From IMG/VR virus record IMGVR_UViG_3300020474_000001, positions 124,001-188,000 of that record: a DNA stretch of 64,000 bases. One strand, 5' to 3'. The notes under the pieces were generated by a model. The model was not told the DNA's origin, made no database searches, and was given only the letters and a program-made list of their open reading frames with translations. The translations under genes were made by a program, and so were the position numbers. How positions within the stretch are numbered: the stretch's first letter is position 1; each line of letters opens with the position of its first letter. Of the stretch, positions 29,113 through 40,000 are shown piece by piece.

Positions 29113-29801
29113 CGACGACGTGCTGCTCTACCTCTTTCACCATTCCAACTCTTCGAACGAGCACAGAAACTCTTTCTGCGTTTTGCTGCTTTAGATCCTG
29201 GATTTAGTTTAGATGGGGGTGTAGTCACGGCAGTCTTCAAATTGCCACCAGTGCGTCTATTATATTTTGCGACACCCTTTGCAGTCATACCTGCACCACT
29301 CTTAGTGCTTCTCTTGTCACCAGATCTCTGAGACATTCCTGACATATCTTCAACTTGCAGGAATGGTTGTCCGGGAACTACCTGTGATGCTTTGTAAGTT
29401 ACAACACGAGCTCCTGGATATGCTTTTATGATTTCGTCTTGAATTTCTCCCTTATTTGGCATTTTCAGATTTGGGAAAAACATTTTCATTGAAATATATT
29501 TTCCTCTCCAATTCAAATACACATCAACCATATGTCCAGTTTTTGCTGGAATTCTTACTGCTTCAGAGATATTATAGTAATCTCTTATATTCTTGCTTCT
29601 GATAATATCCACTACATTTGCAAATGCTTTTCCATTTGCATCATTTATAACAACAGATTCTCCTACTCCACCTGATTCTCCAGCATCTCCCTCATCTGGA
29701 TCTTCTCCTGTAGTAAATCTATCCCAAGAAGAACCGCCATATCTGCAGTTAGATCTTAATTCTTTACGGTTGCATCTTCTACAATACTTTTCTTCTACCA
29801 T
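29100..29801 (-). CDS. Hypothetical modular protein with a basic C-terminal module
   Basis: CRRC..NC N-terminus; C-terminal GMTAKGV...AKRRKSFCARS...RRRWNC. Confidence 0.75.
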   Translation of the reverse strand: MVEEKYCRRCNRKELRSNCRYGGSSWDRFTTGEDPDEGDAGESGGVGESVVINDANGKAFANVVDIIRSKNIRDYYNISEAVRIPAKTGHMVDVYLNWRGKYISMKMFFPNLKMPNKGEIQDEIIKAYPGARVVTYKASQVVPGQPFLQVEDMSGMSQRSGDKRSTKSGAGMTAKGVAKYNRRTGGNLKTAVTTPPSKLNPGSKAAKRRKSFCARSKSWNGERGRAARRRWNC

Positions 29802-29822
29802 TGAAAAAAATATATTCTTGTT

Positions 29823-30245
29823 TTATTTATCAAGATCCTTAAGACCATTCTTTAACAACTTTGATAGTTCTGCAGTTGATCCAACAAATAATGCATTATT
29901 TACTGTTGATGGACCTTTTGTTTTTACACTTTCCTCTTCAACATCTTTTAATTTTTTCTGAAGCTCCATCAACTTGTCTGTAGTGTCTGAAACATTCTTG
30001 ATCAACTGTCCTAGAACTTCGTATGCTCTTGGTTGTTCTGTTTCTTGTGCCAATTCAAGAACACTATCTATTGCTTCCTGACCTTTTTCTATAATTGAGT
30101 ATAAGTTTCCACGAGTGTATTCATAATCTTTTTTAATATCTTCGACAGATGAGCTAATATCTTCTATCTTTTTTATCTTCTTACTTTCGACTTCCTTTGG
30201 TTCGATGTCGAAAGTTTCATTCAATTTATCAAATTTATCAGTCAT
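29823..30245 (-). CDS. g16: Terminase small subunit gp16
   Basis: KDYEYTRGNLYSIIEKGQEA, PRAYEV, TVNNALFVGSTAEL. Confidence 0.9.
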   Translation of the reverse strand: MTDKFDKLNETFDIEPKEVESKKIKKIEDISSSVEDIKKDYEYTRGNLYSIIEKGQEAIDSVLELAQETEQPRAYEVLGQLIKNVSDTTDKLMELQKKLKDVEEESVKTKGPSTVNNALFVGSTAELSKLLKNGLKDLDK

Positions 30246-30247
30246 AT

Positions 30248-31249
30248 TCAGAATATATCTCCATTAAATCCAAAATCATCACCTTCTTCAACCAATACAT
30301 CATCCTGTTGATTGATGATCTTAACTGCTGCTCCTCTCAAGTGAGAAGTGACTACAGTTTTGTCTCTACCACGATCTACCAAAACTTTTGAATCGGAAAT
30401 TGTTTTAATATATATCTGCTCTCCCTCAATATCAATATAAGAATCTTCTGTCAACACACTAGAGTCATCAACTTCAATAATAGTGGTTGATGCGTCAATA
30501 TCCTTAGATACTATTGTCACAACATCTCCATTATAATCTTTAATTGCTCTAGGAGATACTGAATAACTAAGTCCTCTAACCGCTGAGGTGCTAGATCGAC
30601 CTTCCAGATAATTGATAGTAGCTTTCTTGATAATATCTTTCGATGCCGATGTAACTGGACCAAATAAGTATGTCTTTGCGTTAAATTTTAAAGTATAAAG
30701 TAATACTCTTCTACTGGTAAAATCTCCAGTGTAATCATCTTGCATTGTGATATTATCAAGAACAATCGGAATATCTCTTTTTTCTTTTATCCCATCAACT
30801 AACTCAATGGAAATATTATACGCAGGTTGAAAGTATGGAAGTATTTGCTCAATTATTTGGAGCATATCATCATTGACCTTAGCCATTATACTAAGCTCAA
30901 ATTGCATAGTGTATGGAACAGGCATATATGTCTTTTTGCACTCAGACCCATCTTCAGAGTCTATTGATACAAACTGCTGTGTTGTAGTTACCTTTCTAGA
31001 TGAATCGTATGTTAATCCATTGAATTCGAATGACATTCTTGGGAGAGTGATTGCAGTTGATTTGTTTAAATCTGGAGACTGCTCTAATCTTGCAAGAAAT
31101 TTTTGTGTTGGTCCATACGCAAGAGGAACTTTTACAACATCAAGCACATTGTTACTACTATCAAAGTGCTTGATAGAAATATTGTTAAACATCGTGCCAA
31201 AGGCGATGATGGTTTTTCTTAATATTTCGTTATAAAAATACTCAAACAT
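30248..31249 (-). CDS. g15: Tail sheath stabiliser / completion protein gp15
   Basis: FYNEILRKTIIAFG, KVPLAYGP, LPRMSFE, IEQILPYFQP. Confidence 0.95.
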   Translation of the reverse strand: MFEYFYNEILRKTIIAFGTMFNNISIKHFDSSNNVLDVVKVPLAYGPTQKFLARLEQSPDLNKSTAITLPRMSFEFNGLTYDSSRKVTTTQQFVSIDSEDGSECKKTYMPVPYTMQFELSIMAKVNDDMLQIIEQILPYFQPAYNISIELVDGIKEKRDIPIVLDNITMQDDYTGDFTSRRVLLYTLKFNAKTYLFGPVTSASKDIIKKATINYLEGRSSTSAVRGLSYSVSPRAIKDYNGDVVTIVSKDIDASTTIIEVDDSSVLTEDSYIDIEGEQIYIKTISDSKVLVDRGRDKTVVTSHLRGAAVKIINQQDDVLVEEGDDFGFNGDIF

Positions 31250-31273
31250 GACTATTGCTTTTATATAAAATAT

Positions 31274-32701
31274 TTATGGGGTTCCAAATGGATTTATTTC
31301 AGAGAAATCAATGATATCATCTGACTCTGCTTCAATATTATAATTATCGGCAAAACCATCATCAGTTGGAAATTTATCGACAAATAAAATCCTATGTGTT
31401 GCTTTTGATTCTGAACCAGTCAATATTTCTCCAATTTTGAACTCTCCAGATATATGAGACAATTCTAGAACATTTGTATAATTCCAAGTTCTAACTCTTG
31501 CTGTAGTTCCACTCTCAGAACCAGTTACAGTTTCATTGAAAATGAAGTTTCCTTGAGATTCCAAATATGGATTGGATATGGTTATCGCAGGAGCCTCTGT
31601 ATACCCAACACCAGCATTAATTAGGTTGATTGTGGTGATTTGTCCATCAACACCTATTACAGCGGTTGCAGACGCTCCTACGGTCGAATTACCGGCAATG
31701 GTGATGGTAGGTTGATCTATATATCCAAGACCAGGATTTGTAATCTCAAATGAACCAACAACACCATCTGCAATTTGAGTTACAGCTTCCGCTCCATCTC
31801 CGCTACCAAAGAACTTTATACCAGGCGCTTCTGTGTATCCTGCACCAGTATTAACAATATCAACATTCTGAACCAACCTAGAACGAGTTCCAAGAGTTGC
31901 ATTATGTACATTTATGCCACCAATTAATCTTGTGGTCGCTATACCAGTAACTCCACCACTAGGTGCAGATGAAAAACCAACCGTTGGATTATCAAAGTAT
32001 CCACTTCCTCTATTTGTTATAGTTACCAATTGAATTCCACCATCAGCAATTGTAGCTGTTGCAGTAGCAGTAATACCAATACCTGTAACAAGAAGTGTCT
32101 GAGTTGGTCCAAGAATAACTGGAGTTCCGTCAGCATTTCTACCATCAATTTCATTTCCGATTAAATTGTCATCAATTTCATGAATATCGGTATCTATAAT
32201 TTCATTTTCGTAGCGGAACAACTCACATCTCAACTCATACACATAGTTCTTCTGGAGTTGATAGAATGGTTTTTCATGTTCGACATATTTAATTTCATAC
32301 AATCTATCACCTAAAGGAAGATATACTAAATCCCCTTCTTTTGGTCTAGATGATAACTTAATATTTGGTTTATCCTTTATCAGAGGTTCGATATAGTTTT
32401 CCCATCTTTCTTTGGATATTACAAATGTAATTTCCTGAGTTTGCTCGATACCAAACTTTGAGAGTAATACTGGATTTTCGGCATACCCGTCATAGTTTTG
32501 AATATATGCTTCTATTGGATATGAGTTTGTAAATGCAGACTGAGTAACTTCTCTTACTATATCATTTTCACTTACGAATGATCTTGGCATGTAGTGAACC
32601 TCTATGCCATACATTCTTAACTGTTCGTTAATGATATCTTGAATTAAATTCTGCTCACCGGATGTTCCTTGAGTAAAAAATGGATTTAGCATATCAACCA
32701 A
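31274..32701 (-). CDS. g14: Neck protein gp14 with an inserted GxGY repeat region
   Basis: LNPFFTQG, RPKEGDLVY, EHEKPFYQL, C-terminal FSEINPFG. Confidence 0.92.
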   Translation of the reverse strand: MVDMLNPFFTQGTSGEQNLIQDIINEQLRMYGIEVHYMPRSFVSENDIVREVTQSAFTNSYPIEAYIQNYDGYAENPVLLSKFGIEQTQEITFVISKERWENYIEPLIKDKPNIKLSSRPKEGDLVYLPLGDRLYEIKYVEHEKPFYQLQKNYVYELRCELFRYENEIIDTDIHEIDDNLIGNEIDGRNADGTPVILGPTQTLLVTGIGITATATATIADGGIQLVTITNRGSGYFDNPTVGFSSAPSGGVTGIATTRLIGGINVHNATLGTRSRLVQNVDIVNTGAGYTEAPGIKFFGSGDGAEAVTQIADGVVGSFEITNPGLGYIDQPTITIAGNSTVGASATAVIGVDGQITTINLINAGVGYTEAPAITISNPYLESQGNFIFNETVTGSESGTTARVRTWNYTNVLELSHISGEFKIGEILTGSESKATHRILFVDKFPTDDGFADNYNIEAESDDIIDFSEINPFGTP

Positions 32702-33542
32702 TCATATCTAGTGGTGGTAATTCGTATGTATTTGACATATCATCAAGGATGAATTCAATTTCTCTCTGCGCATCTTCATAGATCATTCTTCCATTTAACT
32801 CAACTCCTCCTGGGAGTTTTACTCCTTGGAATTTGATCAGATTCTGCCCCCACTGTCTCTTAACCAATGCTGTCAAATATCTCTTCAAGAAGGAATCGTT
32901 CCATACTCCAGTATATTCGTTTGGGTCTATGAGACGATAGCAATCAATAATCAAGTGCTCTCCTGCCTTTACAGCAGACCAATCGATATCAATATATAAG
33001 CGATCCATTCTCTGGTTAAATCTGATTTGCTTCTCAGTAGTTAACAAAAAGTTAAGATCTTCTAAGTATGTCTTAGTCATTGCATACTGAAGTATTTCCA
33101 TAGAACCCCAGTAATACAAATCATTCAGGAACATTTGGTACTTCAAACTGAACATATTATTTGTAGTAGTATTTGCACCATCAAAGTGATATATCTTTGT
33201 GATTCCAATCACTGCTGGAGGAATTTGTAAATAGTTTCCTGCCTCATTATATGAGAATGTGACTGTACCTATACCAGAAACATTCGAGCTTGCAGTTGTA
33301 GTTGTTACACCAATATTCCCGTTTTCTTCTTTTGCTCTACCTCTATCAATATCGTCTTGAGTTACTTTATATTTCAAGAAAGTTTGCATTACACCGTCAA
33401 AGTGTCTTTCATGAAAATACTGCAAGGCATCATCGACCAAATCATCAAGTTGCTCATCAGCGACATTAATTTCTAATACTGGAGCTCCTAGTTGCCTTTT
33501 ACAATAGTTTATTAACTCAGACCTACTTGATGGTTGTGACAT
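32694..33542 (-). CDS. g13: Neck protein gp13
   Basis: YCKRQLGAPVLEINV, QWGQNLIKF, LPGGVELNG, LPPLDMIG. Confidence 0.95.
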   Translation of the reverse strand: MSQPSSRSELINYCKRQLGAPVLEINVADEQLDDLVDDALQYFHERHFDGVMQTFLKYKVTQDDIDRGRAKEENGNIGVTTTTASSNVSGIGTVTFSYNEAGNYLQIPPAVIGITKIYHFDGANTTTNNMFSLKYQMFLNDLYYWGSMEILQYAMTKTYLEDLNFLLTTEKQIRFNQRMDRLYIDIDWSAVKAGEHLIIDCYRLIDPNEYTGVWNDSFLKRYLTALVKRQWGQNLIKFQGVKLPGGVELNGRMIYEDAQREIEFILDDMSNTYELPPLDMIG

Positions 33543-33580
33543 TTACTTAAAATAGACCTATTAATAGTATTTATCATGAT

Positions 33581-33841
33581 TTATATATCGCAGTCACCCC
33601 AGATACCAGTCTCTTGATATTTCAGTTCTTCATACATTTCTCTTCTAGAATCTTCTTGATGAAATACAGACCAACACCAAGACAATGCCATTTTCCGCAA
33701 TTCCTCAATGTCATCACATTCTTCAATCATTGGGATCATATGCTTAAATTGTGGATGCCGAGGTGGATTTTTAAAACACTCTTCTTTTAATTGCTCAAAA
33801 TTTAACATATTTCCATTTAAGATAAGTTCATCATAATCCAT
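33581..33841 (-). CDS. Small helical protein, possibly NblA-like
   Basis: IEECDDIEELRKMA-x9-Q helix-loop-helix pattern; family assignment is an inference. Confidence 0.4.
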   Translation of the reverse strand: MDYDELILNGNMLNFEQLKEECFKNPPRHPQFKHMIPMIEECDDIEELRKMALSWCWSVFHQEDSRREMYEELKYQETGIWGDCDI

Positions 33842-34031
33842 CTGTCAACTTTTTTAACATCTCTTTAATATCGTTTATTTCTTCACGTATATTGTCAAGA
33901 TCTATTTTGAATCTGTCTAATTTTTTGTCCTCTTTGATTTTGGAATTTCTTTTTGAAATGTATTCTTTATATTTTTCCGCATTTCTATTTGAAATAGAAT
34001 TTGTTGCACCATCTCTTTCAAAATCGCTCAT
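33831..34031 (-). CDS. Small coiled-coil hypothetical protein
   Basis: Heptad-rich C-terminus; directly follows the giant structural gene. Confidence 0.75.
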   Translation of the reverse strand: MSDFERDGATNSISNRNAEKYKEYISKRNSKIKEDKKLDRFKIDLDNIREEINDIKEMLKKLTDGL

Positions 34032-34032
34032 A

Positions 34033-37000
34033 TCATGCTAAAGCTATTACTTTTAAATTCTTAATTTTTGGAACTTGTACTTGATTCTTAGAAGTCATAA
34101 TAATTTTTACTCTATATGAAATGAAAGAGGACAAACTGTCAGCAGTGAATGTATATTCGGAATATTCCGATGACTTACTAATAATCTCATCAGATTTACC
34201 GCCATTCAAATCATCATATCCCGAGAATGGAACAAACGTTGGTTCAAATCCTTCAGAATCGCTGATTGCATAGAATGCTCTAATATCATTTTCTTCCATC
34301 AAGTCCGCATCTAGAATAATTTTTAATCCAGTGGCAGGATTATCAATATTCATCTCTTTCGAGATATATTGGCATGCAGTTGGATCTGTAAATATTTTAT
34401 TAACTCTTCCATCCTCAGCATAATCTTCAATTATGTTATTAATACGGTTGGATGTAAGTATCATACTTACTCTTTCAGAATCAATGATTGGTGTAAGTTT
34501 TGAATTTGTTGTACTCAAGAATAATCTAAGGTTTGAAGACTTATTTCCTATATTTGCAGATAGTTTATTATCCTCATTTACTTTTGAACATATGATTCTT
34601 GGAGATTTGAGATAGTTTGGTTTATTGATTGAAATCTCTTCAAATCCAGTATTTATAAATGGAACTTCATCTCCACTTTGTGACTGTCCGGTTGTAGTTC
34701 TCAATTGTGCTGATATGCTCGTTCCCTCAATGCTCAAATTATGAATGTTGGGAGTTACAATCTCGAATGGAATATTTTGAGTTGCTTTTGATAAATATCC
34801 TCCACATGTTTTTGTTTTATTTGCATGCAATTTCTGGAATCCAGCATCATTGCTTCTATCATCGTTATTTTGGTTGAAAACTTCTTCAGTATTCAACTTA
34901 ATATGATATGAATCAAATGTTATTGGATCATCAACCTCAACATCTGAGAAGTTGTGAATTTTATTAACTCTTAGCAAGTTTACCCCATTAATCTCATACT
35001 TATAAACAGGTGTTCCCGATGGGTATGATTTGGAGAGAGTATTGTTAACACCTCTCAAGATTCCGCCAACTTGAGTGTCAGATACCTGATTATATTCAAT
35101 GATTTCATCTTCAATCAACAGGAATCCTATATTTGTGGTTCCAACTCCAACGTTTTCAAAAGTTGAAAACTCTGAAGTATCATCTATTGATATTGGAGAA
35201 GTTGATTCTGAATCATATGCTAATGTCAGCTTGGTTGGTCTAACATCAGAAGAAACTCCGAATATCTCTACCCTATTGTCACTTGAGTGCATACCGTGAT
35301 TCTGGTGATTTATCTTGATGTGCAATCCATCAGAGTCAGTTACAATATTGTTGATATAAACTGGACCTTCACTATTATCTTTCATATCCGAAGACACTCC
35401 AGTGAGTCTCTTATATTGAAGTTTATTGTCTGATTGGTTGATTACGAAATCTCCTTGAACATTATCAAAAATCAACTCACTAGTCTCTCCAACAGTAGCA
35501 ATAGTAAGTCTTGCACCAGATCCAGAACCAGTAGTAGTTATTCCCAACACATCACCAACATTATATCCAGATCCACCGTCAGAAATTGTTGCACCAGTGA
35601 TTTCTCCTGCAGAAAGTGTCACGTCTGCTTTTGCACCTCTACCATTACCAGTAATTGTAGTCAAATTAATATCATCAAATGCAGTTGCACTTGCATCATA
35701 CCCGGATCCAGCATCTGTTATACTCAATGTACCAGTAGCTGTTGCCGCCGTACCTACTAGTGTTGCTGCTGCATTGGTTTTGTCTTGATAATAGACAACT
35801 CCAGGTGACAAAGCATAACTATCCATATCTGCAGAAGAACCCACTGCAGTTGACAATCCAGCTCTTATTTTCTTTGCTTTGAATGATAAAGAATCTGGCA
35901 TCAACTTAGCAATCTGACAATTTTGTGCAGAAAGTTGAGAATTGTAAAATTCAACTGTCCCAGAATCTAAGAAATCTGCTCTATACATCGTAAACTTCAA
36001 ATTCTCTGAAGAATTTGCTTCCCAGTCAGAAGTATTTTGTGATTTGAAAAGTGGTCCGAGATACGAATGATTTGATATATACGAATCTGAAATTATATCA
36101 AACTCACCAATTTTAGAAACAAATACACTATACTTTGTTGAATTTGATTTCAAACAGATTGCATACTCAGAGTTTCCTCCTTCCAAATATACTGGAGATT
36201 TAAATTCAAATGAAGTTGCTATAGATCCATCTGCAGAAGTTTGAACATCTTCTGGATTTATTGCAACTCTAGTTCCAGGTATAATCTTTTCTGATGGGAC
36301 ACCACTCTTCATGGGTCTTATTTGCATTTCAACAGGAATGCTATTTGCATCTTTTGTTCTAAAGAAAATATCGCATCGAGTTATAAAAATACCCGTTTCA
36401 TCTTCCACTTTAAATGATTGTGCAAGTGGATCGTACCATGCAATAGTTTTTTCTTGAGATGAACTTGTTGATGATCCTGATACAAGTTCAGTATCAATAG
36501 CATCTCTAACAGAAGATAATTCAAATTCTGGTCTTTCTTGAACAAGTGGTGATCGAACAGATACTATGTTATCATTAACGGTTTCAATTATGCCAGAAGA
36601 TGTAAATGTTCTCTCTGCTCTTGATATTACATCATTTGTATCGTTGCTTTCACTACTGGTCAAAGTAAATGTTTTTTCTCCAGATTCAAAGTTTGGATTT
36701 GAAACTCTTGTAGAATCTGGAATATAAAAACTACCGAGTAAACAGGATGCTGAATCTGATAATAATCTTATATTAGTTACAACTGCCTGTGCCCCACTAT
36801 CCCTACCTGAAAGTGTCATTCCAACTTCCACTAATCCATAGTAAGAAGATTCAGATTCACTTGACAGTGATAATGTATCTACATTTAATACTGTTGAAGT
36901 TGCTGAATATATTTCAGGTAGCTGTGTGTTATTGTATGGATTTTCATCATATACTTTTACTGGAGAGTTGTATGGACCTTCTTTATGGTTCAATTGCGCC

Positions 37001-40000
37001 AATCTGAAAATTATACATGAAGTTTCTCTAGTCTTTTGATCTAAACCATTGGCAATCACTTTTCCTTCTACCGTTTCACCAGACTGAAAAACTCCTTCAA
37101 TCATAGAAATTTCAAGTAACTTTGGTATGCAGTAATTTGTTACTTCTTTTCCATCAAAGAATGCATACATTCTTGTGTTTGGTTTTACATTTTTAGATTC
37201 AAAGTGAATATTTGTTGATTTTGATTTCAAATCAATCTTATTTAAAACCTTTCCTTGAATTGATATCCCATCAATATTGGAATTATCCATACCAATCCAA
37301 TTCTTTTGCCATGAATTCCAAACAGTTGGCTCAAAACCAACCTGCATGTCCACTTCTTTATCTTTTCTAACATCAATCCAGTCATCAGATCTTGGTTTGA
37401 GATCCAACATGCCTTGCCAAAAACTAACAGTGAATGGAGTGACATTTTCAGTTCTTGTCGCAAAGGTTTGAGATAAACACTCGATTTCCGAATAATCTAG
37501 GGTTATCAAGTTATCACTTCTTTGTATATTCACACCTTCTGCATTTGAAAAGTATAAATCATCTCCTGGAGCAATCTGATCCACTGGTCCTAGAATCATT
37601 CCTATAGACGTAGTATAGTGTTTTGGTCTCAATTCATTGTTTGACTCATCTATACTATTATTGATATAGACAGAAGTATCTTGTGATTTTGTTGTTGCAA
37701 AATCATCTACAAAGAATCCAGATTTAAATCTATCACTAGAATTTTGATCTCCTATAAACATATTTGCAGTAGATGTTTCAAGAAGTGATAACTTTGTTTC
37801 CTTCTCCAATTTTGACAATCTATCACTAATATGCTTAACATCTTTCATAGTATATCTCTTATTTTCCGATGTTAAGATGCTTGCGTCTTTAGTATCGTAG
37901 AGATATGGTGGAAGATTAATAGTTGCTATTTCTAAAGTTCCATCTACTTGATCTGGTTTTTCAGGAATATCTGATGGAACACCATATTTAACTTGAAATC
38001 TTCCAGATTTAGTTAAGAATATGCTATCAATTCTTCCTCTGTGATAAGAAAAATCTAAATCTATTGGTTCACCTGAAGCCAAAATATTTTTAGATGTGTT
38101 TCCTTGCTGCAAAAATCTCCTTCCCATAAACTCTAGCGGAGAGCGATCTTCTACTTGAGTAAAATTGGAAACTCTTGGTCGGATATCGATAATATCAGTA
38201 TTTCTGATTTCACCAATAGATGAAATCTCACTACTATAATCAAAATTTGAATATGAATTTACTGTTGTTATATCTCCACCATCAGTAGAATCATAAGATG
38301 CATGTGAAAAGTAAACTTTTAATTTTCTTGTCGGCTCTTCTACATCACTTTTTCTAGTTATTGTCGAATAATCATAAAATGTATTTTTTTGTCCACTAGA
38401 GAATGTATAATTTGACGTAATATCAAAACTTGGCGATTCTATTGAAATTATACTTGCTGAGTGCTCAGATTGCTCTAGTACAATAGATTCTCCAACCTTA
38501 AATTTATTCTCGTTTTTATATAAGATTGAGATTTCTTCTGCAGCATTTTTTTCAGATAATATTGCAACAGCACCACTTATCTGTCCAACGATTCTTTCTC
38601 CAATAATAAACTCAGATGTTGTTGATGAACTAGAATTAATTGTAGATAGAAATAGTTTTGGTGAACTAGGATCTTCTACATCTGTCGATTCAAATATGCC
38701 ATGAATAGAGATAACATCTGGTGTATTCAATGAAATGATTTCATCTTGAACTCTGGTTCCGAATGCATATCCATTAGTGCCGTAGTCCAATCCATCATTT
38801 AATGTTGTACTACCAACTCCAGATGATAATAACTTTGAATTGTTGATAATTATTGAACTTACTTTATTGTTTATTTTTTCTTTTGCTGATGGTGAAGATT
38901 TTTTCAGAGAAGCCATTAATGTGGCTCCAGTATCATCTGCACCTAAATTGACTATGGTTAGTGATTTTGAATCAATAGCTAATTGAACTTTGCTAAAATC
39001 CAACTCTTCAATACTACCATCAGATCTAATTAATGAGTATCTTGATGGAGAAAACTGCATAAACTCTTCCCCAATATCAGCATTCGGAGTAGTATTTGTT
39101 GTTATTCTATTATTTGCTATATTAACAATAAATTTCTTTCTAATAGAAATATTAGAATTATTTAAATTTATATTTGATATATTTGTTTTGGGTAGTTTTG
39201 TAAATAGAGATTTGTCAGATGATTTGTCTAGATTTGTCTTTAGAATAGATAAATCAACTACATCAATATTTGATGTCGGTAGAGATCCATCAAAAACTCC
39301 AGTTACAGATGTAATTGAAGAAATTTCAATTGAATTTTCTAATACTTGTGTAACTTTGGCTGCTCTCTTTTGAGAAGATATCGTATATTGAAGCAAATCA
39401 TTTACGTATATATTTTTGGGGAATCCTTCCTCTGAACTAGTAATAGTGCTTGTTCCTGAAGATTCTGCTGTTATAGATGCTTTACCTATCACTTTGGGGG
39501 ACTGAATTGTATCGCAACTGAAATCAACATCTCCATTCTCATCTGTTGAGAATATTGACTTCACATTAGATACGCCAAAATTGTCGATAGATACTATTTC
39601 CCTACTAGATTCTAATCCATCAAATGACAGCGTCTCATTTTCTACAAAGGTTCCTTTTTTATCATAAACTGTAATAGAAGTACTATCTGTTACACTATTT
39701 TTTAGGAATGCTGTTGCCCCGCTATTTTTTCCCTTTATAAATGTTGGTGTACTTAAGGTTACTGCAGAATTAAGGGTAAGAGTGGAGAATATATTTAAAT
39801 CATATAGTGATATTGACCACTCATTTATGTCTTTGTTAGAATTGTAGTTTGATTTTAGTTTAAAATCATAAACTCTGGCAACTCCGATCTCATCTCCAGA
39901 TAAAGTTGTGGATGCTGCGCCAACCCTATCAGATCTAAGACTAACATAGTAAGATGTTCCAATACCAATATTTGGTGCCCCATAAAGTCTATTTACTGAT

